A stretch of 64,000 bases of DNA from Glycera tridactyla (GCA_965644265.1 OZ286476.1:54622001-54686000), one strand, 5' to 3'; positions 50,147 to 62,703 are shown, numbered from the stretch's first letter. Notes: generated by a model not told the origin, from the sequence alone. Program-made: numbers and translations.

Positions 50147-51589
50147 ATTTGTAGGGGCTAGGTAGCTTAAGATATTAGTTAGTGATAGATGCGCAGCCAG
50201 CACTTAGTTGGGATGTCTGGGTTTGTGTGGGTCAGTGGGAGCATAGGCAGATTTAACTAGTACTCAGGTTAGCCATTTTGTTGTTTGTGACGTCATCATT
50301 ATGGGTATTCATCATGCCTGTTGTCATGAGAGCTGGTTTCTATGATCATGATTGAAGCAGCCACTTTGAAATCTTTATTTAATCTCTAGAACAAGAGTAT
50401 TTGATGGCTGATATGTGATGGAACAATCTAAATACAAGATTGGTATATTGGGAATTCAGGAGCACAGGTGAGTCCACCAGAATGATGAGCTCAAGTTTGA
50501 GGTAGTGGAAGGATCACACCTAATCACATCATCCGCATGGAGCCCAGCTATCGTCCAGTGAGTCAAACACATGACGTAATCTCCAGTATGAAGGCCAACA
50601 ATCATTGATTGGTATCTGGTGACTGTAAAATCAGTCAAACCTGTCAATAGTAATTGCATTCTTCCTGGGTAACATCCCTGGAATAGAGTTGGATTTATTC
50701 AATGGTCCAAAGGAGCTTTATCGAAGAAATTGAATACCTGCAGCCATTCACTGCGCTTGTGATAAATGTTGATCTTTCATGAGGTTGCCGTGCTTTCCCA
50801 CATCAGGAAGGCTACGCATGTTGTTTATGTTAATCCAGCACATCTATTCTTCTCTGCCTGTACGTTTCTCTTCTGTATGTTGCAGGGAGAAGGGAGGATG
50901 GGTGAGGAGGAGTGCAACTGTATGTGCGTGTTGAGTTTGTGGAGGCAGGACAGAATACCCTTGCAGTTGAACCCTTACTGAAGAGTTTTATTTTGTATGT
51001 TGCAGGTAGCATTGGATGTGTATCTTTCTGTACATCACTGTATCATCCCTTCTATCAGCCTTCCAGCCTGGGAGATTGGTGCAACCAGCTCTTGATCCAG
51101 ACTAATACTCTACCAGAAAAGTATGAAGTTGGAAGGTAGGTATAATTAGATCAACGGATTTTTCTTCAGCTGACCCCAAGGCCTGCACAGAGTGCTTTGC
51201 ACACATGTGAGCGTGCACAGGGGGTGGGGGGGGGGGGGGGGGGGGGGTCTGTTTATAATCAACTTGGTTGTAGTTGCAGCCATCTTGGGTAAACACTGTC
51301 AAATCTAAATTTGGCGGGTACGTTTCAGACGCTAACTTCACCATTTCTTGTCCGATTTTAGTTTTGATGGTACGTATGTATTCGGGAGGTCTTCCGACAA
51401 TTATCGAATCAGGTTTGAGACTCTGTATGCTTTTCAGAAGGATTACGCCATCATTTCATTGCATGTTTCCGGCGAATCTGCCGCCATTATTGGCGAATAT
51501 TTGTATGGAAAATAGGGAAGATACGGCCGCCACACCCACCACAAAACCAGCGTGAAACTGGCATATTTGGCGTTCTGAAGTGGAATATA

Positions 51590-52399
51590 CAGTCGAACCT
51601 CTCTATAACGACCACTCGGTCGACTGCCGGAGTGGTTGTTACAGAGAGGTGGCCGCTATAGAGAGGTTCACCTGTAATACAACCAAAATTGACGAAATAT
51701 CGACATGATCACCAACACACGATAAATTCGTTCATCAGGCGCAAAGAGGGAGACCGTGGCGGCCATTACTGTAAACATCACAAAGAGCCAAGATACCCAG
51801 ATGTATGAACGAAACTTGCAATTTTTTTAACATGAAGACAATTTTAGTGGTTCTAGAAGGTTATCTTTCGAGCTGTGAAGATCATTTGAAGGAATATGAA
51901 GAACTTTCGTTTGAAATTAAAAATGGTAACGATTTGAGAGCAGCGAGCAAGTGAGCTGATCTGAGCAACATGTCACGGTCTCGAGTTTGGCCGGGCGGTC
52001 GCTGGAGGAGGGAGACCGGCCGCTGCTAGTTTGTTTACGGGGAAAGTGAATTCATCTGAGCGGCGAGCAAGCAGAATCTGAGCAGATTTCACGGTCTCGA
52101 GTTTGGCCGGGCGGTCGCTGGAGGCAGGAGACCGGCCGCTGCTAGCTTGTAGGCGGGGGAAGTGAGTTGATCTGAGAGGCAAGCAAGCGGAATCTGAGCA
52201 GATTTCACGGTCTCGAGTGTGGCCGGGCGGTCGTTATAGGAAGGTTCCTCAACCAAAAATGGTGGTCGCTGGTCGGAGTTGGGAGGTGGTCGCTATACAG
52301 AGGTCAATTATAGTGAAAAATACGTCGGTCGTGGTCAGGGGTGGTCGTTAAAGCGAGGTGGTCGCTATAGAGAGGTGGTCGTTAGAGCAGGTTAGACTG
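51590..52399. mobile_element. 810-bp CAGTCGAACCT-type non-autonomous element, TA TSD, internal ~117-bp repeats
   Basis: TA-CAGTCGAACCTCTCTATAACGACC ... GGTCGTTAGAGCAGGTTAGACTG-TA. Empty site at 2151-2152. Confidence 0.9.
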
Positions 52400-52724
52400 T
52401 ACAAGGAAACTTCACCGAGATTACATTTCTAGTCGTCGAAGATGTACACAAAGCCTGTCAGTCAGTTTCATTTCAATCTGAACTGAATTCGCGATGCTAA
52501 GGCGAAAAACGCACCCTCCGCAACATAGCTTGACAGACTTTTGCGCCATGGGCATGCCATCTAGTGGCCATGTAGGGCAACAGGGTGAGCTTTTTGTTTC
52601 TAGTTTCATCAAATTTTCCACTGACTAACAGATTCATGGCTATCAGTTAGCCATTTCCATATATGAATCCAGTAATGTATTTGTGCACACTGAAATACCG
52701 AAATAACTCTCACTTCTTTTAGTA

Positions 52725-52895
52725 CAGTGAAACCTGCAATGTAAGACCGCCCTAAACGTCATCATAAAATCATCTCGTCAGAGGTGGTCTCTTTGTCAGA
52801 GGTATATTTGACTACATCAAATACAAGATTATCTGGAAAAGCGGTCTCCCATTGGAGGTGGTCTCTCTTTGGGGGTCTTGTCGCAGGTTTCACTG
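52725..52895. mobile_element. MITE, CAGTGAAACCTG family, TA TSD
   Basis: TA-CAGTGAAACCTGC ... GCAGGTTTCACTG-TA. Confidence 0.88.
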
Positions 52896-53003
52896 TATCT
52901 GTATGTAGAAAGACCTGTCTATATTGACCACACTCTGTCACACAAACTGTCTTTATAGTGGTCCCCAAATGTCTAGACAGGCGGTCTTTGTATACATGTA
53001 GTT

Positions 53004-53034
<31 letters not shown>

Positions 53035-53393
53035 TCGGCTGATATTCTAGCAGACCAGGGATAAGTGATCATACTCAAGTCTATGGATTACAACTTCTGT
53101 GAGAAGGATCTCCAGAAATCTCATTTGACATAAGTGTACCTGTACCAGTCTGCTCAATTGAAAACCCACATCTCCATTTGGTTCAGATTGAAGGCATCTG
53201 CCCAGAAAAAGCCAAGAAAGTGTCACCTGGTCATAAAGTATCGAAGGCCAATGAAGGGGCCATTTGACTGATTGGTCAATGAAAATACAATGAATTGTGA
53301 TTAGTTGGTTGCTTGGTTCCAATCCATCACAATTTGGTGTATTTTCATGGGATCAGCCAGTTGAATCACCCCCACTGACAGCACACAATTGTA

Positions 53394-53531
53394 CAGTCGA
53401 ACCTGCTTTAAAGACCACCTCTCTATAAAGACCACTCTGGCTGGTAGTATTTTCAACAGTAAATGACCTCCTGTCTGTGAAGACCACTTTTTGATGCGAC
53501 CGGTGGCGGTCTTTATAGACAGGTTCGACTC
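53394..53531. mobile_element. MITE, CAGTCGAACCT subfamily
   Basis: TA-CAGTCGAACCTGCTTTAAAGACC ... GGTCTTTATAGACAGGTTCGACTC-TA. Confidence 0.85.
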
Positions 53532-53641
53532 TACCTCCATGATTCCATCTGGAATCAGCTCAATGTACAGTTTTACCTGTCTTCAATAACCACCCTGGAG
53601 AAATGAAAAAGCAATTGCTTAAGACAGATGATTGCTTAATA

Positions 53642-54351
53642 CAGTGAAATCTGTGACGAAAGACCACTCTAAATGTCACCAAAAAGCGGTCTCAAGAGAT
53701 GGTCTCTCTTCAAAGGTATATTTGACTGTGTCAAATAGGATAGCTGCCCCGGAAAAGCGGTCTCTCGTCAGATTATCTCTGACAGGGACCACTTTTTCAA
53801 GACAGCTTTTGTATTTGACAGTGAAATGCACCTCCAATGTGAGACATCCCCTGGCACTACTTCTTGGTGAGATTAAGAGCAGTCTCTCATCACCGGCTAC
53901 ACTGCATCAGCGACAGGAAGATCATGACAGGTGGTCACTCGTTGCAGGTTTGATCCACTGGTCTTGGCTGCTGACACGGGTGCACATACATAATACTTCC
54001 AATATTGCCCACTAATTTTTCGCTGAACAACATTAATATATGCCAAATGTTTCTTTAAATACATGCAAATTGCATGGAATAAGTCTACATAGATCCGGTT
54101 CTTTGAAAAAGCCATGATTTCATGTGGAGATACAGTGAAACTTGTCTTGAGTGACTGCCTCAAACGCCAAAAAAAAAAGCAGTCTCAAGACAAGTGGTCT
54201 CATTGAAGGTATATTTAACTATGTCAAAAAGAGAATAACTGATAGTGGTCTCCCATTAGAGGATGGTCACCCTCAAGAGCGGTCTACTGGAATCACTCAC
54301 ATAGTCAAACCTGCTTGAGAGACCACCTCTCCATATAGACAGGTTTCACTG
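53642..54351. mobile_element. Cluster of CAGT-family MITEs (53642-53904, 54133-54290, 54302-54351)
   Basis: Family left TIRs and GGTATATTT(G/A)AC cores. The last copy is a 50-bp TIR-only remnant. Confidence 0.7.
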
Positions 54352-55179
54352 CATTGCTATTATTCACCAGAAACAGTAGAGGCCAGAAGAGGGAGTGGGC
54401 AATAACAAGCTATGCATTATTCGCAAATAAATTGTCATGTAAACATGTAATCACAGCAATGGTTTTGTTGCTAGAGGGGTGAACGATCAGACAATAGTGA
54501 CGTGTGAGGTAAATTGTCTATATGTGGTTATTATCACCCATATCAGTGCTGAACAAGGCGCAGATTCGCCGCGAGTGGCTGTTCGTTGCAGGTAATTGCC
54601 TCCATTTAGGCTGGTCGCTGGTTGTATTAGACAGGTGGTCGCTCATCAGAGGTCATTTTAGTAGTATTTGGTATTTCGGCAGAAAAATATTGGGTGTACA
54701 AATCAATGACATAATCAGGAATGAAGGACACCTGATGATTTGCCATCATCACTTTTGATGACTGATCCCCATATTCAAGACATGAGGAAAACTGTTAGAT
54801 GCTATGTCTATATATACTGCTACATAGCAGATGCCTGTCTATAGCGACCACTATTGGTACTGACCATCATTTCACCTATATATAGCAGCTACATGTCCAA
54901 CCTCATCTCTGTCAACTGAAGATACGTCTATCAATCGAAGGCACGTCATGAAACCAAGTCATGCCTCACATGGGCCAGTGTTGAGAGGTTCGCCCATTCA
55001 TATTTCTATGATGTATAGTGTAGAATCAATAAGGGCGGCGATATCTGTCACTGTGAACACATGTCAAAGCCGGATAATCTGGTAATTTGTGATAAAAACA
55101 AAAGGCCAGGTTACTTTAATGGCACCATCTTGTGTAAAGTCAAGAGTGGGCTCACCTCTCTAATTGGTATGCTCTAATT

Positions 55180-55302
55180 AGCGGTCTCTTGTCAAGGGGT
55201 GTCTCGTCAAAAGGTTTCACTGTACCTCTTGAGAGACCACCTCTTTTGAGAGACCGCTCTTTGGTGACATATAGGGCGGTCTCTCGTCATAGGTTTCACT
55301 GT
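55180..55302. mobile_element. Two tandem MITE right ends
   Basis: AGGTTTCACTG-TA occurs twice, preceded by GGTCTC motifs. Confidence 0.7.
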
Positions 55303-55643
55303 AGCATCACATTTTGGACAATTATTGCGTACAAGACACTTCCTTTGTTGAATCTCCATCATTTGGGCTCCATGAATTTGTCAGTTTTTTCCCCCGGAAA
55401 AGTATGTGTTCTCGCATATTGATGGTGGATTGGATGATAATCCACTTTAGGCTTTAGGAAAACACTCATCTGCAAGAATTGTGAGTTTTTCTATCCTTAG
55501 ATCACACAACAATAGAATATGTTTCTCACAGAAAATGGTCCCATTAAAGATGAAGCCAGACCTGCTACGAGACAACCTCTATAACGGCCACTTGCCTATG
55601 AAGACCAACCCTGAGCTGCGACCATGCTAGTACAGTAATTATA

Positions 55644-56652
55644 CAGTCAAACCTGTCTATTGCGACCACGGACGGTCAAGTCAGAAAATGGTCGTTATGG
55701 GGAGGTGGTCGTTATATGCAGATCAGAATCATACCAGAACCAGAACCAGAACCAGAACGTCAGATTCCTGACATGCCGCTGACAACGATGTTCTTCTCGA
55801 ATCCTGATCGCGCTCGAATAGTAACAAACACACAAATGGCAACTCCACTTGCGTGATTGATGATCTTTTTGATAACATCCTGACGATTTCGCCATAAACG
55901 TGATGAAAACATTGAACGGAAACAAGGATTCGAGAAAGTTCCGCCATCTCGAGCAGGTGATGAGGTCAAGGCCATATGCAAATTAGGTATTTTGGTTCCG
56001 TGTTTTGTCATACATCCGGGTCTTCAGACTCGAGACTAGCCACAACAATGGCGCCCAAATTGCTTTTAAACTTGCCAGCCTTTTGTCTTATTGCGAAATA
56101 CATGCTCACTCGGCCTTTACACGTGTTTCTAGTGGAGGATATGGCCTCATCATGGATTGTACCCGTGATTCATTGAAGTATGAAGGTGCGAACGAACAAA
56201 CAATAGCCGGGGTAAGCCGCGAATTGGCTTCTCTACACGGCTGTCTTTGGTGTTTCACGGCACTTGTCAACAATTGCCTTGCTCACTGTTAACAAATGTC
56301 AGCTCACGTGGATGACCGGCGGTCGTTATACGCAGGTATTTTCTATTACCGGCATTGAAATGGCGGTTGGTGGTCGCGTTGGAGAGGTGGTCCCTATATA
56401 CAGGTGAAATAAAGAGAAAATACGACGGTCGTTACCGATAGTGGTAGTTATAGGCAGGGATCCGTTATATGGAGGTGGTCGTTGTGCGTATTTTCTATTA
56501 CCAGGCATTGAAATGGCGGTTGGTGGTCGCGTTGGAGAGGTGGTCCCTATATACAGGTGAAATAAAGAGAAAATACGACGGTCGTTACCGATAGTGGTAG
56601 TTATAGGCAGGGATCCGTTATATGGAGGTGGTCGTTGTGTGCAAGGTTTCCA
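55644..56652. mobile_element. ~1-kb CAGTCAAACCT-type element with an internal ~152-bp tandem duplication
   Basis: TA-CAGTCAAACCTGTCTATTGCGACCAC start. GGTGGTCG-rich right end duplicated (about 56336-56487 and 56488-56640). Right TIR eroded. Confidence 0.65.
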
Positions 56653-56989
56653 TGGGGAAGGAGTCTCTGGTTGGTGCTTTCTTCATAGGCTGCAGCATAC
56701 CATATTGACTGCCACAATTAAAGATCCTAATATGAGAGACCACCTCTGTCATTGGACCACTTTTGTACAGGTCCTGAAATTTGTATTTCAAAACAGGTAG
56801 TTTCATTGGCAGTTCATTTCTGAACCAGTTACCCGCAATCAAAGGGGTCTTTTCCAATAAGTGGTTTCCCCACTGATTTTGAATTTGCAAGATGGAGACC
56901 AGCCTGATCAGGCATGTCCAACTGTTCATCAGAATGTATCTTTGAATAAAATAGCTGCTCATTCATGGAAAAATGGACTCTTCATGTCG

Positions 56990-57250
56990 GGGAATTTAAA
57001 GTACTCGCCAAATCCAAGGGCCATGTGAGACTTGGCACCTGTGAACTTCTACCCCTGTATCTAGCGGCCCACATATATTGAAATGTCACTAAGCAGGGTT
57101 CATAAAATCTAAAGTAATGGAGGTGAACAGACAAATACAGCCGTGGAAGCTGAAAGATTGATGATCACGGCACACCGCGAGGTGGGGGTCGAACCCCTGT
57201 GTCTGAACGTGCCCATCACCACCATTACATTATAGTGCAAACTGGATAGC
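56990..57250 (-). mobile_element. Possible decayed tRNA-derived SINE
   Basis: Minus strand has A-box-like TATAATGTAATGGTG and B-box GGTTCGACCCC at tRNA-like spacing, then ~200 bp of body. No cloverleaf. Confidence 0.3.
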
Positions 57251-57577
57251 TATATCTATACTTTGCATCAGAGATATGAAGCTTTGCTTGTTGATGAACT
57301 TGAAATGTATCTTGCAAAACATACCCCTTCATATGATTCCATAATTAGCCTATTGCAACAATAGAAAAAAAACATACTGCAGAATAAACTAGAACTGTAA
57401 TCCAGAGGATGACGAAGGCCCCCCCCCCCCCCCCCACTCCAGCCAATGTGAACCTATGAGCACCACGAATTAACATTCAAGATGACAGCCTCAGGTTTGG
57501 GTACTGTAGCCATAGCGTACCAACAGTTGGCAATGTAGAGTGCAAGCGTGCATGGACGCACACATACACATACACAA

Positions 57578-57609
<32 letters not shown>

Positions 57610-57759
57610 ATACACATACACATACGATTTACATGCGATTTTCACCAAACTTTCACAGAATGGTCATCATATGCATGCATATTGTCAGGGTTATATGATC
57701 AGATTTATTTTTAAGGATGGCAGTTTGCCAGTCTTTATGTGATCAACTGCAGGTGAGGG

Positions 57760-59060
57760 TTGCAGAAAAATTGTGATGGATTTCAGATGCTCATCCATGC
57801 AAACCAGAGTCTGCCAATTTCCAATTGATCACTGAGAACTGCTTCATACATTCACAAAGTACCTTCTTGCATTGATGACTATGTTTCCAAGGCTGGGATT
57901 TCCGAAATACATAACAATTAATTGTTGGGGGGACCTTGTCAAATGTGCTTTTTGTTTACATCTTTTGGCCAAATACTCTCTAACCCAGACAGGAAATTAG
58001 CGAAGTGTTTCACCAGAGAACACTCCAACTGGATCATCATGAAACACACTTGACAATGCATGGTTGTAGTTCATGCAGTAACCACCAGCTAAACGAGGTC
58101 ATGAAGAAAAATAAACAGCATGGAAAACACTTTAATGTTAAATATGGTCGGCGAAATTCTCCGATGTGAAGTATGTGATCAGTGTCTCCATTCCCGATTA
58201 GAAATACTGTAGTCTCGCGCGTGTACGCGCAGTGAGCGAAATCGTGACATCCATGGGAAAACCAGGGTGCGCGTACGTCCGAAGATGCGCGTATAGTACT
58301 TTCGTGCAAACGCGCACCTTGTCGAAACTATCTGTTTTTGCTTTATTCTTCGCCCTATCACGTGGAACGAAGCACTTACCAACACCCGGCCGCCATTTTT
58401 CTTGATGATGTAAATATTAACTTTATTTCTCCCATGATGCTTTGCGCCTGCGAACCCTAGTCCCGACAGAACCGTCTTCGATCGAATATTTGTATGACAC
58501 TAATAGAGAACGAGGTTGGGGTTGGAGGGAACAGGGTACGCACGATTAATATTTTTCAACATCTCCCATCATGCAATGCGCGGAGGAGACGGATACAAGA
58601 TGGTGATTCGTTGACAATGATAAGTAAAAAGATCGATTTCTCGTTAATTCTTTCGGGTTTCACACATTTCAACCGTGATTTTTCGAGGGTGTGCGTATGC
58701 GCGAGGACATGCGCGTATTCCGACATTTTGACGAAACGGGGGATGCGCGTTTGTCCAAACCTGCGCGTACACGTGCGAGACTACAGTAGATCCACATCGC
58801 CCTTTGGAGCTGAGTAACAGGAGAAATAGCAAACTTAAAGTTGGAGCGATCATATGAATCACTTCCACGGCATTCATTTGTCCTACATCCACTCATAAAT
58901 CTTGAAAAATCTGTGTTTTGGTTGATATGACACTTCTTAGGGTGTAAAGTAGTACTTTCTAGTTCGCAACCCATTACCAGGTTTCATGGATCACGGCGCC
59001 GATTTAAGAATGGAGTTGCATAGCGTGTGTAAAACTAGCCAATCAGAGCCGCGCTAACAA
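57760..59060. repeat. Dispersed repeat homologous to 34230-35200, carrying a nested MITE
   Basis: Collinear with 34230-35200 except for the 580-bp insert. Confidence 0.8.
58207..58786. mobile_element. 580-bp MITE, 26-bp TIR CTGTAGTCTCGC(G/A)CGTGTACGCGCAG, TA TSD
   Basis: TIRs with one mismatch and TA on both flanks. Empty site GAAATAGTTCTACATCGCC near 34676-34694. Confidence 0.92.
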
Positions 59061-59563
59061 CAACAGCTAATAAGTTGCACCCAGCATCATCATTCGAAGT
59101 TTATTCAGGGAAATATCACTTGATCCATGATTTGTATGATGTGAGAATACATTCTGTTTCGATGACAATGACCAAACTATGGAGGAGAGCGCGAATAACG
59201 GTGATTTGACAAACTTTTTGCAAATGCGGCAGTTTGGATTAGACCATAATAGCATGATACAAATCCACGGGCGGCTTGCATGACTCGCACCGAAAGGACC
59301 ACCGCCCCAGATTCCCCAAGGAGGGCTTGTCACAACCCCCTAGTATCTTCGCATTTTCATGCCATCCTTTAGTGGCCTACTGGCCTAGTTTGAGATGTTA
59401 TTGCCCTCTTTTGACTTTTACATGTGAAATATGGACTGCGCAACTCCTCCTTCATTTTACATGCAATTTTCACCAAAATTTTCACACAATGATCATCATT
59501 AGATTCTGCAGTGCATATTGTCAGGATTTTATGATTGAATCATTTTGTAAGGAGTTACTGCCC

Positions 59564-60000
59564 TTTTTGGCTCGCATGCAAAGCAAAATGCGAGTCTATG
59601 TAATGATGCAGGTGGTCTGTCTGTTTGGTTTCGTCTGTCCGTCTGTCCGGCTATCACTTCGTATCACGTAAACTTTTTGGTTAAAGTTTTGCTTACAAGT
59701 TTTTCTCTGAAGCCTCACTCAGTTAATATTGCACCTACATTCTTCAAATTTGAACAACAACATGGGTGCATTTTTATTCATAATCCATCTCCTATAGTTG
59801 GGAAATTTTGAGGGAAAAGAAGACTTTTTTATTTGTGAGTTTGGAATTTTTTGAGACAGCTGAACCCATTCACTCTGCCTGCATTGCATAAGACCACATG
59901 GAAACTGACCATGCTTCTTTTGTTTCTTTGCCTGTGTTGGGGAAGACCTCTCTGTAATCAACATCTATTCTGGAGTAATCAAATTTGGGATTCTTCGGAA
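59564..60000 (+). mobile_element. Helentron/HINE-like non-autonomous element start
   Basis: T-run, short inverted repeat CTCGCAT/ATGCGAG, then a GTCT/GTCC microsatellite. This is the DINE-1/HINE-type layout. Right boundary uncertain. Confidence 0.45.
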
Positions 60001-60180
60001 ACTGACAATATCTCTCTTGTTTCTCTACCTGTGTTATGTAACACCTTTCCGTAATCGACACCTATTCTGGAGTCATTGATAATGGCATGTAGTCTATTTC
60101 ATCAACTCCAAGGTCAAACACAAGTTTGCACTCCAATCATCTCCTCAAATGTGTGTATGTATGTGTGTGTGGGGGGGTGG

Positions 60181-60213
<33 letters not shown>

Positions 60214-60524
60214 CATGTGTGCCCCTCTACAAATTTCTGTGCAAAGAGGTGTGGCTAAAGTATTGATGCTACACTAGCCAAATTCGATTTGTGGAATGCC
60301 CATATGGCGGAGGTGTCCACAGGCATGAACTTTCACTCCCGTAATCTATGACCTTGGAGATATGACCTTCAACTTGAAATGTTTGCGTGTGCTGCTGTGG
60401 CCAAGATATTAATGCTACAGTGGCTAATCTGTACCTGTGGACTTCCGATCAGGCGTAGATGTGATAGGCATTGATTTTTACCCTTGCAACCTTTGACCTT
60501 GGAAATATGACCTCGAACTTGACA

Positions 60525-60830
60525 TTTTTACCTCGCCTCAACGAAGTTGAAGAGAGGTACTGTCCTCGCATCGGCGTTGGCATTGGCATTGGCGTCGGCA
60601 TCGGCATCCGCGTCCACATCGCACTCCTACAATGTTTTACGTCAAAGTTTTACGTCAAAGTTTTTTTTTCTGCAAGATTTCATGTCCAAGTTTTTCTTTA
60701 ACCCTACTACCATCATCAGATCTTGTGCACATGGGCTATAATACATCAGGAATGATATAAAGAGAGCACTACGTCGAAGTTTTGCGTCAAAGTTTTACGT
60801 CAAAGTTTTTCATCGAAGTCTGTAACTCAG
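60525..60830 (+). mobile_element. Helentron/HINE-like non-autonomous element start
   Basis: TTTTTACCTC...GAGGTA enclosing hairpin TCAAC-GAA-GTTGA, then (GGCATT/GGCGTC)n. Confidence 0.45.
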
Positions 60831-61335
60831 CAACTATGGCCCCTACCACCAGCAGATTTCATACAAACATACTCCTGAGTATTGGGAAAGGTGTCAGGGG
60901 ACTCCACAACCATGGCCCGTGTGTGTGTGTTGAAGGTTTCGGGATTTACCCGAGGGCCCCTAAGGGCCCCTTATTTTACCATGGCCCCTACCATCACCAG
61001 TTTTTATGCACACATGCTCCATTGTGTTACAGGGGATGTTTACCCTTCACAGCAGCAGTATCTCAGTTCAGGGTAGTGATTTTGGGGTGAAATTGCTCAT
61101 TTGTGGGAAATTGGACTTTACGTCTTAGTTTTTCTTCAGGTCAGGTCACTCTCCAACCATGGCCCCTACCTCCACCAGATTTGATGTACGCATGCTCCAG
61201 TGTATTCAGGGGGGGGGGGCATCCAATCATCATCGCAGCCGTATGCATGCCAGTTGTGTGATGTATCGTAGATTTGGGATAAAACCTCACTTTTTTGAAT
61301 GACTGGACTCTGACAATATCAGTGATTTTTGAGTA

Positions 61336-62215
61336 CCGGGACACACCAAACTCAACAAGGATGCATCTCCTGATGAATGTCAGCCATGGATGGGGTCTCC
61401 CATAGGGCCTGGTTGGTTTTGGGGTGAAAATTTGGTTATTCAGAAATGGATTTTTCTAAAGATCATGGCTGTTCGTAGCCACTCCAAACTTGGCTTGGAT
61501 GCAATTCATAGCATTCTCTAATGAATGCCAGCCATAGATGGAGTCTCCCAAAAGGCCTGGTTGGTTTTGGGGTGAAAATTGGTTTTTCAGAGATGGATTT
61601 TTCCAAAGATGGTGGCTGTTCATAAACACACCAAACTTGGCGTGGATTTCATTCATAGCATTCCCTAATGAATGCCAGCCATCGATGGAGTCTCCCAAAG
61701 GGCCTGATTGGTTCTGGGGTGAAAATTCTTTTTTCAGAATTGGATTTTTCTAAAGATGGTGGCTGTTCGTAGCCACTCCAAACTTGACTTGGGTGCAATT
61801 CATAGCATTCCCTAATGAATGCCAACCATAGATGGGGTCTCCCAAAAGGCCTGGTTGATTTTGGGGTGAAAATTAGTTTTTCAGAAATGGATTTTTCTAA
61901 AGATGGTGGCTGTTCATAAACACACCAAACGTGGCGTGGATTTAATTCATAGCATTTCCTAATGAATGCCAGCCATAGATGGGCTCTCCCAAAAGGCCTG
62001 GTTGGTTTTGGGGTGAAAATTGTTTTTTCAGAAATGGATTTTTCTAAAGATGGTGGCTGTTTGTAGCCACTCCAAACTTGGCGTGGATGCAATTCATAGC
62101 ATTCCCGAATGAATGCCAGCCATGAATGGGGTCTCCCAACATGCCTGATAGATTTCGGGGGGAAATTGGTTTTTCAGAAATGGATTTTTATGATGATGAA
62201 CACTGTTTCTAGCCA
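61336..62215. repeat. 147-bp tandem repeat, ~6 copies
   Basis: (G/A)CCAT(A/C/G) anchor at 61531, 61678, 61825, 61972 and 62119. Confidence 0.95.
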
Positions 62216-62703
62216 AAGCATCCCTCATTGATTCTCAGCCATGTATCGGATTGCCCATAATCCCTACTGCAGGGCTTTCCATTAACTTTTTTCTTCAGCT
62301 GTCATTCGGGCAGATGAAGTAGGATTTTCACCTGCCCTCCCTGTCATTTCACCCGCCCTCCTGCATATTATCATAGCCCAAATAAGTTTTGGGTACCTGT
62401 CCATTGGGCTGGCAGATTGACAAAATCACCTGCCTGCCTGCGCTAGTAGGGCAACCACTAGCGTAGAGCCGTGTTATTTTAGAGAAATTTACTTTTTAAA
62501 AAAGATTTTTTGAGAAAAGGTACCTTTCCGAGCATAATTATGTATTGGGTCTTCCTATGCAATCAGGAACTGCATGCACCCATCAAAGAAGCAGCACTGT
62601 TTTGTTTGTGTAAACTTTAGATATAAATGCCTTTCTTGAAGCGGCGTGTTGTGTGGCTTCGCCAAGGCGAGGTCCGCCTTCAGTGAAGGCTATGTTTGGG
62701 TAT

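Larger units (their letters stand above)
45652..50850. repeat. Tandem triplication of a 1.6/2.0/1.6-kb block
   Basis: Near-identical copies start at ~45652, 47252 and 49252 (ATGATTTTGTA..TTCAATCATATC). Identical short ORFs at 46856, 48856 and 50456. Confidence 0.96.
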
